Positions 21,993 through 31,743 of a stretch of DNA of 64,000 bases are shown in pieces. The position numbers were made by a program, and so were the translations under genes. Position 1 is the stretch's first letter; every line of letters starts with the position of its first letter. Below the pieces are notes generated by a model. That model was not told the DNA's origin. It worked only from the letters and a program-made list of their open reading frames with translations, and searched no databases. Location: the NCBI GenBank assembly GCA_006383075.2, contig SMNH02000006.1, forward strand, positions 122,174 through 186,173, in the 5' to 3' direction. Source of the stretch: Kordia sp. TARA_039_SRF (GTDB lineage Bacteria; Bacteroidota; Bacteroidia; Flavobacteriales; Flavobacteriaceae).

Positions 21993-23019
21993 TTTTCCAC
22001 AACCACAAGACGAATCAGACGATTTATACGAACACTATTCATTTACTGCCGAAAAAGGACAGCAACCCTTGCGTGTTGATAAATATTTGATGAATTTTAT
22101 TGAAGGTGCGACGCGAAATAAAATTCAACAAGCGGCAAAAGATGGCAATATTTATGTGAATGACAAACCTGTAAAATCGAATTACAAGGTAAAAGGAAAC
22201 GATGTAATTAAAGTATTGTTTGAATATCCGCCGTACGAGCATTTGTTGGTGGGAGAAGACATTCCGATTGATGTCGTATATGAAGATGACGATTTGTTAG
22301 TTGTAAACAAACCCGCGGGAATGGTAGTGCATCCAGGACATGGAAACTACTCTGGAACATTGATTAACGCGTTGATTTATCACTTTGATAATCTCCCAAA
22401 AAACTCCAACGAACGTCCAGGGTTGGTACACAGAATTGACAAAGATACGAGTGGATTGTTAGTTGTTGCCAAAACTGAAGAAGCCATGACGCACTTGTCA
22501 AAGCAATTCTTTGATAAAACGTCGGAGCGTTTGTATTATGCGCTAGTTTGGGGAAATGTGGAAGAAGATGAAGGTACTGTAGAAGGAAATATTGGTCGTC
22601 ATCCAAAAAATAGACTTCAAAATACAGTATATACAGGCGATGATTCCGAAAAAGGAAAACCTGCGGTAACACATTACAAAGTCATTGAACGATTTGGCTA
22701 TGTTACGCTAGTTTCGTGTCAATTAGAAACAGGTCGTACGCATCAAATTCGCGTGCACATGAAGCATATTGGTCATACATTATTCAATGATGAACGTTAT
22801 GGTGGCGAGCGCATTTTAAAAGGAACAACCTTTTCAAAATACAAGCAATTTGTAGAAAACTGCTTTAAAATTTTACCGCGACAAGCCTTGCATGCAAAGA
22901 CTTTAGGTTTTGTACATCCAACTACGGGAGAAAAGATGAGTTTTAACTCAGAAGTTCCACAAGACATGACCGAGTGCATTGAAAAATGGCGCAACTATGC
23001 CAAGCATGTGGATATGTAG
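21979..23019 (+). CDS. rluD: RluA family pseudouridine synthase (RluD-like, with S4 domain)
   Basis: RVDKYL S4 domain, VNKPAGMVVHP, HRIDKDTSG, LETGRTHQIRVH, RQALHA; symbol by similarity only. Confidence 0.88.
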   Translation: MQENNFPQPQDESDDLYEHYSFTAEKGQQPLRVDKYLMNFIEGATRNKIQQAAKDGNIYVNDKPVKSNYKVKGNDVIKVLFEYPPYEHLLVGEDIPIDVVYEDDDLLVVNKPAGMVVHPGHGNYSGTLINALIYHFDNLPKNSNERPGLVHRIDKDTSGLLVVAKTEEAMTHLSKQFFDKTSERLYYALVWGNVEEDEGTVEGNIGRHPKNRLQNTVYTGDDSEKGKPAVTHYKVIERFGYVTLVSCQLETGRTHQIRVHMKHIGHTLFNDERYGGERILKGTTFSKYKQFVENCFKILPRQALHAKTLGFVHPTTGEKMSFNSEVPQDMTECIEKWRNYAKHVDM

Positions 23020-23025
23020 GTTTTG

Positions 23026-23050
23026 CATCTCGACTGCGCTCGATGTGACA
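23026..23050 (-). repeat. TGTC..TCGAGCGCAGTCGAGATG palindromic repeat (family D)
   Basis: Similar copies at 31400-31424 (-), 39193-39217 (+) and 50377-50401 (+). Confidence 0.8.
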
Positions 23051-23192
23051 GGTTTTAGGTGTTTGGTTTTGGGTTTTAGGTAGTTTTTAGATATTAGTAT
23101 TGAGGATTGAGATGTTTTTCGGTTGTGTATAAGTTTACTTTCGAAATCACGAAAAACAAATAACAAAGAACAAAACACAAACAACAAAGAAA

Positions 23193-23633
23193 CTACTTCA
23201 CATCATACAAAAGCGCTTTCTTTTTAAAGCTCAATTGAATTTGATTGTATTTTTTCTTCTTGATAAAGTTTAATTCTTTCTTGGAGATTTCCACGCTGAT
23301 TTGTGTTAACCAACGGTTGAAAATGTCTGAAAATTCAGAGTTTATTTCTTTCGTGTCTGATTCAAGCGTTAATTCGTTTTCGCCTAAAAAAGTAACGGTA
23401 ATTCCTTTAAACGTCTTAATTTTAGTCGTGTCAAGAATAATCAATTCCATAAACACATAGCCATTCAATTCTTGAATTCCTGCCCAAATACCACCAGCTT
23501 CCGAAACGCCCAGTTGCTCTCCAGGAATTTGTTGTATCATTTCTGCGGTTAAAGGTTCATTATACGCACGTTCAGTAGCTTTTGAACTTCCCATACGCGC
23601 CAATACTTTATCTACGGATTTCAATAATTTCAT
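23193..23633 (-). CDS. Hypothetical protein
   Basis: 146-aa ORF filling the space between repeat-rich spacers; no motif recognised. Confidence 0.65.
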   Translation of the reverse strand: MKLLKSVDKVLARMGSSKATERAYNEPLTAEMIQQIPGEQLGVSEAGGIWAGIQELNGYVFMELIILDTTKIKTFKGITVTFLGENELTLESDTKEINSEFSDIFNRWLTQISVEISKKELNFIKKKKYNQIQLSFKKKALLYDVK

Positions 23634-23817
23634 ACGTTCAAATTTTTAGGGCTGCAAGATAGTGTTTTTTTGTTAGGTGTTAGTTTTTGGGTGTTGGATG
23701 GTTGGTGTTTGGTGTTTGGTGTTGGGTTTTAGGTGGAGATTTTTTTCATCGGTTTAACAAATTCATTCATGAAACCAAGAATAACGAAAAACAAAAAACA
23801 AAAAACAAAGAACAAAA

Positions 23818-24372
23818 TTAAAGTTCAAGAAGCTTATCCAAAATCTTAAAATAATGAAGTTCACAACGCAATTCAATGATGACTCTATTGTTTTTAATTT
23901 GAAGTCGGTAAATTTCCTCAGAAACGAAAAGTGATCGCAAAATATCAAAAACCTGACAAAGCAATTCTGTTTCTTTTGTATTGGACTTAATGACGTAGCG
24001 TTTGTAATGTTTAAATTGCTTAAATCGTGGGCTGAATCGGTCAGCGGTTCTTTTTTTTCGGATAAAAATTCTAGAATCGCTTGTATGGATAGCTTCACAA
24101 GTCCAAGTAACGGACGTAAATAAGCTTTGCGATTTAGCAGAACGCCATAAACTCACAGGAGTTCCTGAAAAAGTGGCTTTTTTATACTTAATGGTCCATG
24201 GTTTTTCAACTTCAATCTTTCCTGAAATAGAATACGTCCACGCATTATAACTGCCTTTCACTTTTCCATTTTTAGAAGCGACGTATCGCTCAAAATCTTC
24301 ACAAAACTTCCGATTAACCTCGTAATGTGGCGAATCGTATTCTTTTGGTAAGGCGTTGGACTTTATTTTCAT
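23818..24372 (-). CDS. Hypothetical protein
   Basis: 184-aa basic ORF; no motif recognised. Confidence 0.6.
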   Translation of the reverse strand: MKIKSNALPKEYDSPHYEVNRKFCEDFERYVASKNGKVKGSYNAWTYSISGKIEVEKPWTIKYKKATFSGTPVSLWRSAKSQSLFTSVTWTCEAIHTSDSRIFIRKKRTADRFSPRFKQFKHYKRYVIKSNTKETELLCQVFDILRSLFVSEEIYRLQIKNNRVIIELRCELHYFKILDKLLEL

Positions 24373-24540
24373 GAATGGAAGTTTTTTATAAGTTCCGAAA
24401 ATTTGTCCGTAAAGTTGTTATTGAAACGTTAAAGTTGAGGAATTACTTTATTTTCAAATGATAAGCAATGTCTATTTTTCTATAAATGATAACTGTTTGA
24501 ATCGCTATTGTAGCTCACGAAATTATAGTAATTTTAAACT

Positions 24541-25197
24541 ATGAAAATTAGCGAACTCACTCTTTTTACTACAAATTTAGAGGCGCAGCAGCATTTTTAC
24601 ACAAAAGTGTTGGAATTGCCTTTGATGGCTGCCGACGCGGAAAAATTTACGGTAAAATTGGGCGTTTCTTCTCTCACGTTTGTAAAATCAAATCACAGTC
24701 AGCAAGCACATTTTGCGATTAATATTTCGTCGTATAAAATTCAACAAGCGTTGCAATGGATTCAAAAGCGAACCAATATTTTACTGTGTGATGGCGAAAC
24801 TATTGCAGACTTTTCTGGTTGGAATGCGGAAGCGTTGTATTTTTATGACAAAGACCGAAATATTGTCGAATTCATCGCGCGAAAAGATATAGATGTGATG
24901 AATACACATCCTTTTTCGACAGCAGATTTGTTAAGCATCAGCGAAATCGGAATCGTTTCCACAGATAATAAAGCCATATATCATCAAATTAATGAGATGC
25001 GTCCTATTGAAATTTATGATGGCGATTTTGATAAATTCTGCGCTTTGGGAAACCCTGAAGGTTTGTTCATTTTGGTAAATCACACCAAGAAAAAATGGTA
25101 TCCAACGTTGGAAGAAGCATTTCCAGTCGATTTTCATATCACAGGTGATTATAACTTTGCGTTTATAAACGGAAACATAGTCGCCAAAAAACCGTAA
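24541..25197 (+). CDS. VOC/glyoxalase family protein (two-domain)
   Basis: LEAQQHFYTKVLEL, HFAINI, YFYDKDRNIVEFIAR, ISEIG. Confidence 0.8.
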   Translation: MKISELTLFTTNLEAQQHFYTKVLELPLMAADAEKFTVKLGVSSLTFVKSNHSQQAHFAINISSYKIQQALQWIQKRTNILLCDGETIADFSGWNAEALYFYDKDRNIVEFIARKDIDVMNTHPFSTADLLSISEIGIVSTDNKAIYHQINEMRPIEIYDGDFDKFCALGNPEGLFILVNHTKKKWYPTLEEAFPVDFHITGDYNFAFINGNIVAKKP

Positions 25198-25226
25198 TTT
25201 TAACACTCAAAAAAAGAAATTGAAAC

Positions 25227-25985
25227 ATGAAAATAGTCATATCTCCTGCAAAATCTCTAGATTTAGAAAGTAGTCTTCCAACCCAAAAACACACAGAAGC
25301 TTGTTTTTTGAAAGAAGCAGAACGATTGAATAAAATTTTAAAGAAAAAATCGCGCAAGCAATTGTCAAACTTGATGAGCATTTCGGATTCTTTGGCAGAT
25401 TTAAACTATCAACGAAATCAAGAATGGGAATTGCCGTTTACTACTGAAAATGCGCGTCCGAGTATTTACACGTTTAGTGGGCAAGTGTTTCAAGGACTAG
25501 ATGCGTTTACACTTCCAGAAGATAAAATTGATACACTTCAAAACACGTTGCGCATTCTTTCAGGGCAATATGGATTGTTGAAACCGTTGGATTTGATGCA
25601 ACCGTATCGTTTGGAAATGGGCACAAAATTACCTGTTGGAAAAAATAAAAATCTCTACGAATTCTGGAAAAAGAAAATCACGACGCAATTGAATGACGAA
25701 TTAGAAGATGATGAATTATTTGTGAATTTAGCCAGCAACGAATATTACAAAGCAGTTGATTCCAAAACATTGAAAGTTCCGGTCATTACGCCTGTTTTCA
25801 AAGATTTTAAAAATGGAAAGTACAAAACCATCATGACCTATGCGAAATTGGCAAGAGGTTACATGACGCGCTATATTATTGAAAAAGACGCTAAAACACT
25901 CGACGATTTAAAAGGATTCGATTACGAAGGTTATGGCTACAGCGAAGAACTTTCAAACGGTAACGAATTGGTGTTTACGCGTTAA
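25227..25985 (+). CDS. yaaA: Peroxide stress protein YaaA
   Basis: [41 protein letters not shown]. Confidence 0.95.
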   Translation: MKIVISPAKSLDLESSLPTQKHTEACFLKEAERLNKILKKKSRKQLSNLMSISDSLADLNYQRNQEWELPFTTENARPSIYTFSGQVFQGLDAFTLPEDKIDTLQNTLRILSGQYGLLKPLDLMQPYRLEMGTKLPVGKNKNLYEFWKKKITTQLNDELEDDELFVNLASNEYYKAVDSKTLKVPVITPVFKDFKNGKYKTIMTYAKLARGYMTRYIIEKDAKTLDDLKGFDYEGYGYSEELSNGNELVFTR

Positions 25986-26692
25986 TGTTTTTTCACAAGC
26001 ACCCATACGCACCATTTATTCACAACGATACTGAAAAACTCATTGTAGGAACCTTGCCGCCTCCGCGATTTTCTACGGGCGATTTGCTCGAAAAAGATGT
26101 GGATTTCTGCTATGGAAGTTATTACAATTCGCTGTGGTTGTTTTTGGATAAAATTTACGATTTGAACTTACGCTACGACAATTCGCAAGAAGCGATTAAT
26201 CAGCGAAAAAGCTTTTTAATACAGCATAAAATTGGCGTTTGTGACATTGTAGATAGCTGCGAACGTGAAAAAATTGATGCTTCCGATTTAGGCATGCAAA
26301 ACATACAATTGCGCGATGTTATTAGTTATTTGCAACAATATCCGAGCATTCACACCATATTATTTACAGGCGGAAACTCCAAAAACGGACCAGAATATTT
26401 CTTCCGAAGACACATCAAACAATACAACTTAAAATTAGAAGTCGTTTCGGATGAAGTTCCAAGAATCCACCAATTTGATTTGAGTTTAGTTGATAAAACA
26501 CGTCATGCTGAACTTGATTCAGCATCACATCTAAGTTCAACACGAATTATCAAAACCGTTTCTTTAACGTCATCTTCTGGCGCAGCCAATCGCGCTATTG
26601 GAAGCATTCCACTTTATAAAAAGCTAAAAAAACAAAACCCGAAATTCACAACTTTTGACTTTCGGGTTTTGCAGTATAAGGAGTTTTTTTAG
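25985..26692 (+). CDS. Uracil-DNA glycosylase superfamily protein with an internal REP-derived segment
   Basis: HPY.PF, LIVGTLPP, FCYG, ILFTG motifs; TAATG overlap with yaaA. Confidence 0.75.
   Translation: MFFHKHPYAPFIHNDTEKLIVGTLPPPRFSTGDLLEKDVDFCYGSYYNSLWLFLDKIYDLNLRYDNSQEAINQRKSFLIQHKIGVCDIVDSCEREKIDASDLGMQNIQLRDVISYLQQYPSIHTILFTGGNSKNGPEYFFRRHIKQYNLKLEVVSDEVPRIHQFDLSLVDKTRHAELDSASHLSSTRIIKTVSLTSSSGAANRAIGSIPLYKKLKKQNPKFTTFDFRVLQYKEFF
26501..26526 (+). repeat. CGTCATGCTGAACTTGATTCAGCATC palindrome (family B), in frame inside the CDS
   Basis: Identical 26-mer at 31364-31389; variant at 28806-28830. Confidence 0.9.
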
Positions 26693-26718
26693 CGTAAAAA
26701 AGGATGCTGATGTATCAT

Positions 26719-26754
26719 AAAAAAACCTCTAAAATTATGTTTTAGAGGTTTTTT
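26719..26754. terminator. Bidirectional intrinsic terminator
   Basis: AAAAAAACCTCTAAAA-TTATG-TTTTAGAGGTTTTTT between convergent genes. Confidence 0.8.
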
Positions 26755-26771
26755 CATTTTTTGTAATGAAA

Positions 26772-28550
26772 TTATTTCTTCACACTTTCAATCCAAGCGT
26801 TAATCTTATCTTCCAACAATTGCAACGGAACACAACCAGTCTCCAACACTTGATTGTGAAATTGTTTGATGTCAAACTTTTCTCCCAATTCTTTTTCTGC
26901 TTTAGCGCGTAATTCGCGAATTTTTAATTGTCCAATTTTGTACGATAACGCTTGTCCTGGCATTGCCATATAACGCTCTATTTCAGAAATGATACTTGCT
27001 TCACTTTCAGCTTCGTTGTTGAGCGAATATTGAATTGCTTGCTCACGTGTCCAGCCTTTGGCGTGCAATCCAGTATCTACGACCAAACGAATGGCGCGGT
27101 GCATTTCCGCACTCAACATTCCGAAATATTGATACGGGTCTGTATACAAGCCTAATTCCTTTCCTAACGATTCCGAATACAATGCCCAACCTTCGCCATA
27201 CGCGCTGTACCAAAGTGTTTTTCTAAAATCTGGCAAGGCTTCATTTTCTTGCGTTAACGAAATTTGATAGTGATGTCCAGGAATCGCTTCGTGCAAAAAC
27301 AACGCTTCATCCGAAAACACATTATAACTTGCCGCATCAGGAATGGGCACGTAAAAAATACCTGGTCGTGTACCATCTAACGAGCCTGGATTGTATTCTG
27401 CACTAGCAGAAGCTTCCCGGAAGGCTTCCGTACGACGCACTTCAAACGGTGTTTTGGGTTTTACATCAAACAATTGATTGATTTGCGGCTTCATTTTGTC
27501 ATGAATCGCATTGAAATTGTCAATAATTTCTTGTGGTTGCGAATATGGCATCAAATCTTTACGTTCGCGTACATGATTAAAAAACGATTTCAAATCGCCT
27601 TTAAAACCAACTTGCTGTTTCACTTTTTCCATTTCGCTTAAAATTCGTGCGACTTCTTGCAAGCCTAATTCGTGAATTTCATCGGCTGTCATGTCGGTAG
27701 TTGTATATTTTTTGATGGAAAATTCGTAATACGCATCTCCGTAAGGTGTATCCGAAATTCCGCTACTTTCTCTACCAGCATTGAGGTAATCTGTCTTTAA
27801 AAATTGATACATTTCATTAAAAGAAGGTACCAAGGTTTCCGTTAAAAACTTACTATACGCTTTGGTTAATTTGTCTTTGTTTTCGCTTGAAAAATCAGCA
27901 GGAAAATTGTTGATAGGCGTGTAAAACAAATGCGCATTCAATGGAGTTGTCGCCAACACTTCAAATTGCGGAATTACTTTCTTAATCAACGATTTTGGCA
28001 ATACAAAACCTTCTTCAATTCCTTCTTGCATGTTGGTTTTTGCGGTTTGCAACCAGGTATTAAAACCTCCCAAACGCTTGAGCCAATTTTCGTAATCTTC
28101 CACAGTATTAAACGATTGTGCAGAAGCGCCACTTGCAAATTGTCCCACTACTAAATTAATAGACCACATTTGATCAATAGGGAAAAGACGACTGTTTTGA
28201 AAGCTTAGTTCTCTCAAATTCATATCGCATTCCCAATACAAAATATCTTTGCTAAGTTGCTCACTTTCGGTGAGATTGGTGTCGTCAAAATTCTGTAACG
28301 TATCTCTAAACTTGTGGTAATGCGCTTTTAATTTGTCTTGATATGCATCTGATAAAAAATTCGGAAACTGGTCATTATAGCTCGTATCGCCAGCAGCCGT
28401 CGCATTGATAGGATTTAACGCTAAACTTTGGTCGTGATATGCTTCTAAAACGCCCGCAAACGAAAGTTCACTTTTTGGAATTTCCTTTTTTTCGTCGCTT
28501 CCGCAAGAAATTAAGGTAAGAAACGCAAGTAGTAGTACGATTTTTTTCAT
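26772..28550 (-). CDS. DUF885 family lipoprotein (putative metallopeptidase)
   Basis: Lipobox LISC, LHEAIPGHHYQ, EGWALYSE, RAIRLVVDTGLH, PGQALSYKIG. Confidence 0.92.
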   Translation of the reverse strand: MKKIVLLLAFLTLISCGSDEKKEIPKSELSFAGVLEAYHDQSLALNPINATAAGDTSYNDQFPNFLSDAYQDKLKAHYHKFRDTLQNFDDTNLTESEQLSKDILYWECDMNLRELSFQNSRLFPIDQMWSINLVVGQFASGASAQSFNTVEDYENWLKRLGGFNTWLQTAKTNMQEGIEEGFVLPKSLIKKVIPQFEVLATTPLNAHLFYTPINNFPADFSSENKDKLTKAYSKFLTETLVPSFNEMYQFLKTDYLNAGRESSGISDTPYGDAYYEFSIKKYTTTDMTADEIHELGLQEVARILSEMEKVKQQVGFKGDLKSFFNHVRERKDLMPYSQPQEIIDNFNAIHDKMKPQINQLFDVKPKTPFEVRRTEAFREASASAEYNPGSLDGTRPGIFYVPIPDAASYNVFSDEALFLHEAIPGHHYQISLTQENEALPDFRKTLWYSAYGEGWALYSESLGKELGLYTDPYQYFGMLSAEMHRAIRLVVDTGLHAKGWTREQAIQYSLNNEAESEASIISEIERYMAMPGQALSYKIGQLKIRELRAKAEKELGEKFDIKQFHNQVLETGCVPLQLLEDKINAWIESVKK

Positions 28551-28612
28551 TCGATTGATTTGGATTGGTGAGGTTTAAAAATAGTGTTTTTTTGACTTTT
28601 AAATTCACAAAA

Positions 28613-28893
28613 TGTCACTTTGAGTGATTATTGATAATGCAAACGTCAGATTGAGTGAAATCTTGAAAAGATTTTGTATCGAAATCTGCTAAGAAACACT
28701 AGATTTCAAACTACTTCTCGATACAAATTTGCTGCGCAAATCCACTCGAAGTGACGATTTTTTTAATGTACCAATGGTTTTTATTTTGAATTGAAAATAT
28801 ATTTCCGTCAAGCTGAACTCGATTCAGCTTCTCACAAATAGCTAAAGTTTTCACCAAAGATGAATTGCTTTTGTCATAGAAATCGAAGTGACG
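28613..28893. repeat. Cluster of CGTCA-tagged palindromes
   Basis: Family A-like at 28644-28686 (+), 28714-28756 (-) and a partial at 28883-28893; family B at 28806-28830. Confidence 0.8.
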
Positions 28894-28921
28894 TCTAGAA
28901 AATGATAAAGAAATAAAACTA

Positions 28922-29689
28922 TCATTTCCCTAAAACACCATCCACAAACGCTTTGATACTTTCCGTACCATTTTTAGTGAGATACTTGATAAACGCGCTT
29001 CCAATAATAGCACCTTTTGCTTTGTTGGTAGCTTGTGTAAAGGTTTCATGATTGGAAATTCCAAAACCGACAATTTGCGGATTTTTCAAATTCATCTTTC
29101 CAATGCGGTCAAAATAGGTTTCTTGTGCATTTCCAAAGCTGTTTTTTGCACCTGTAGTTCCCGCAGAACTAACCATATAGATAAATCCGTTTGAAATACT
29201 GTCGATAAATCGGATGCGTTCTTCCGATGTTTGCGGCGTGATTAAAAACACATTCAACAAACCGTATTTTTCAAAAATCGCTTGGTATTGCTCGTGATAC
29301 ACATCCACAGGCATGTCTGGAATAATCAATCCGTCAACACCAACTTCCTTACATTTGGCGCAAAACGCTTCAATTCCGTACTGCATCATCGGATTCAAAT
29401 AGCCCATAATAATCAATGGAATGGAAACGGTTTCGCGAATATCTGCAATTTGCTCGAACAGCAATTCGCTTGTCATTCCGTTTTCCAATGCTTTCGTAGA
29501 ACTCTCTTGAATGGTTGGTCCATCCGCCAACGGATCGCTAAATGGCAAGCCAATTTCAATCATATCTACGCCATTTTTTTCCAACTCTTTAATCACACCA
29601 GCTGTATCATCCAAACTCGGATAGCCCGCCGTAAAATAGATAGAGAGTAGTTTTTTATCTTCTTGTAATTTTTGGTTTATTCTGTTCAT
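28922..29689 (-). CDS. trpA: Tryptophan synthase alpha chain
   Basis: YFTAGYP, EIGLPFSDPLADGPTIQ, VGFGIS; start placed at ATG 29689. Confidence 0.97.
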   Translation of the reverse strand: MNRINQKLQEDKKLLSIYFTAGYPSLDDTAGVIKELEKNGVDMIEIGLPFSDPLADGPTIQESSTKALENGMTSELLFEQIADIRETVSIPLIIMGYLNPMMQYGIEAFCAKCKEVGVDGLIIPDMPVDVYHEQYQAIFEKYGLLNVFLITPQTSEERIRFIDSISNGFIYMVSSAGTTGAKNSFGNAQETYFDRIGKMNLKNPQIVGFGISNHETFTQATNKAKGAIIGSAFIKYLTKNGTESIKAFVDGVLGK

Positions 29690-29771
29690 GTCAATAGTAT
29701 TGAGTATTGAGTTTTTAGTATTGAGATGGTGTTTTTTTCTTGTCTCACATCTCAATACCCACGTCTCATAG

Positions 29772-30959
29772 CTAAAGTTTAAAATAATCAATATACGTGT
29801 TCAAATCCTTATCACCGCGACCTGAGAGATTCAACACTACAATGTCATCTTCTTTGAATTTTCTTGTATCAAAAACTGCCAGTGCGTGCGAAGTTTCTAT
29901 TGCTGGAATGATACCTTCTAGTTGCGATAATTCCAATCCAGCAGTCATGGCTTCATCATCTGTGATGGAAATGAATTCTGCGCGTTTGCTTTTGTACAAA
30001 TGTGCATGCATTGGACCCACGCCAGGATAATCCAATCCAGCAGAAATTGAATACGGTTCTGTAATTTGTCCGTCTTTGGTTTGCATCAACAAGGTTCTAC
30101 TTCCGTGAATAATTCCGTCTTCGCCTAATGCAGAAGTTGCCGCACTTTCTCCGGAGTGAATTCCTTTTCCGGCTGCTTCCACCGCGATTAAATTGACGCG
30201 TTCATCATCCAAATATTGATAAAAAGCACCTGCGGCATTGCTTCCGCCACCGACACAGGCAATGACATGGTCAGGGAAGGAGCGACCTTCTTTTTCCTGC
30301 AATTGCCATTCTATTTCTTCCGAAATCACCGCTTGGAAACGCGCTACCATGTCTGGATACGGATGCGGTCCAACTACCGAACCGATGATGTAATGTGTAT
30401 TTACAGGATTGCTAATCCAATCGCGAATAGCTTCATTGGTAGCATCTTTCAATGTTCTACTTCCCGATTTTGCCGCACGCACCTCAGCGCCCAACATTTT
30501 CATACGCGCTACATTCGGAGCTTGTCGCGCAATGTCAATTTCGCCCATATACACAATACATTCCATGCCCATCAATGCGCACACTGTTGCTGTAGCCACG
30601 CCGTGTTGTCCCGCGCCAGTTTCTGCAATGATTCGTGTTTTCCCAAGTCGTTTTGCCATCAAAATTTGTCCGATGGTATTGTTCACTTTATGTGCGCCTG
30701 TATGGTTTAAATCTTCTCGTTTTAAGTAGATTTTTGTGTTGTATTTGGCAGATAAGCGTTCCGCATAAAACAGTGGAGATGGACGACCCACGTAATCTTT
30801 TAACAACTGTTTGAATTCTTTTTGAAAAGAATCTTCATACATAATTTCCAAATACTGTTGACGCAGCTCTTCCACATTTGGATACAACATTTCAGGAATA
30901 TACGCGCCGCCAAAAGTGCCGTAGTATCCTTTTTCATTTACGTGATAGGTTTTTTTCAT
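29772..30959 (-). CDS. trpB: Tryptophan synthase beta chain
   Basis: [14 protein letters not shown] (PLP Lys), [25 protein letters not shown]. Confidence 0.98.
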   Translation of the reverse strand: MKKTYHVNEKGYYGTFGGAYIPEMLYPNVEELRQQYLEIMYEDSFQKEFKQLLKDYVGRPSPLFYAERLSAKYNTKIYLKREDLNHTGAHKVNNTIGQILMAKRLGKTRIIAETGAGQHGVATATVCALMGMECIVYMGEIDIARQAPNVARMKMLGAEVRAAKSGSRTLKDATNEAIRDWISNPVNTHYIIGSVVGPHPYPDMVARFQAVISEEIEWQLQEKEGRSFPDHVIACVGGGSNAAGAFYQYLDDERVNLIAVEAAGKGIHSGESAATSALGEDGIIHGSRTLLMQTKDGQITEPYSISAGLDYPGVGPMHAHLYKSKRAEFISITDDEAMTAGLELSQLEGIIPAIETSHALAVFDTRKFKEDDIVVLNLSGRGDKDLNTYIDYFKL

Positions 30960-30969
30960 AGTCTTTCTG

Positions 30970-30987
30970 TTCCCGCGCAGGCGGGAA
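30970..30987. repeat. TTCCCGC-GCAG-GCGGGAA palindrome (family E) in the trpF-trpB spacer
   Basis: Same architecture as GTCATTCCTGCGAAGGCAGGAATC at 32574-32597. Confidence 0.75.
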
Positions 30988-30992
30988 TCTTT

Positions 30993-31706
30993 TTATTTCT
31001 TGATAATTGTCTCTTTAAATACTTTCAAATCTTCAATATTCTTCAATCCCGGAACGATTTCAAATTTACTATTTACATCCAAAGCATAACAATATGTTGA
31101 TGCGTTACTTTTTACAAAATCATTCAATTTTGTGATGGTTTCCAAACCAATGCCGCCACTGAGAAAAAAAGGTTTGGTAGACGGATAGTGTTCCAATACT
31201 TTCCAATCAAACGTCACGCCGTTTCCGCCAGGTAATTTCCCTTTCGTATCAAACAAAAAATAGTCAACAAAAGGCTCATACGGTTTCAAAACTTCAAAGT
31301 CAAACGTATCTTTTATTGAAAATACTTTGATAATTTCAATTGGCGCAACGTGCAAATTGAAATCGTCATGCTGAACTTGATTCAGCATCTCATCATGAGC
31401 ATTTCGACTGCGCTCGATACGACATCTTTCTTTTAATTCTTTACAAAATGCGAAACTTTCATTGCCGTGCAATTGAATCGCTTGCAAATCATGTAATTGT
31501 ATTTTTTGCATGATGTCATCCAAAGAACTATTCACAAAAACACCAGTTTTCTTAATGTCTTGAGGAATTTTTGGAATTACAGAATCAAAAAAACGAGATG
31601 ATTTTCTGTAAAATATAAAGCCCAAATAATCTGGCTGCAATTCACTTACAGCATTGATATTGTCTTCGTATTTCATTCCGCATATTTTGAGTTTCAAGTT
31701 TTTCAT
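30993..31706 (-). CDS. trpF: Phosphoribosylanthranilate isomerase with a ~28-aa repeat-derived insertion
   Basis: KICGM, DYLGFIF, QLHGNES, LFDT, GGNG..FDW, LSGGIG, LDVNSKFE; 237 aa, longer than the ~205-210 aa I recall as typical. Confidence 0.95.
   Translation of the reverse strand: MKNLKLKICGMKYEDNINAVSELQPDYLGFIFYRKSSRFFDSVIPKIPQDIKKTGVFVNSSLDDIMQKIQLHDLQAIQLHGNESFAFCKELKERCRIERSRNAHDEMLNQVQHDDFNLHVAPIEIIKVFSIKDTFDFEVLKPYEPFVDYFLFDTKGKLPGGNGVTFDWKVLEHYPSTKPFFLSGGIGLETITKLNDFVKSNASTYCYALDVNSKFEIVPGLKNIEDLKVFKETIIKK
31364..31424. repeat. Family B and family D palindromes in frame inside trpF
   Basis: 31364-31390 CGTCATGCTGAACTTGATTCAGCATCT; 31400-31424 CATTTCGACTGCGCTCGATACGACA. Confidence 0.9.
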
Positions 31707-31743
31707 TGAATAATTAAAAGATTGAATGATTAATTACTAACAC

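Noticed and set aside
23763-24098. 111-aa ORF overlapping the 184-aa hypothetical gene
   Set aside because: Same strand, different frame, and it ends in a low-complexity F/L/C translation of a heptamer tract.
31342-31428. Intein or frameshift in trpF
   Set aside because: Far too short, no intein terminal residues, and the frame is continuous; the DNA matches intergenic palindromes.
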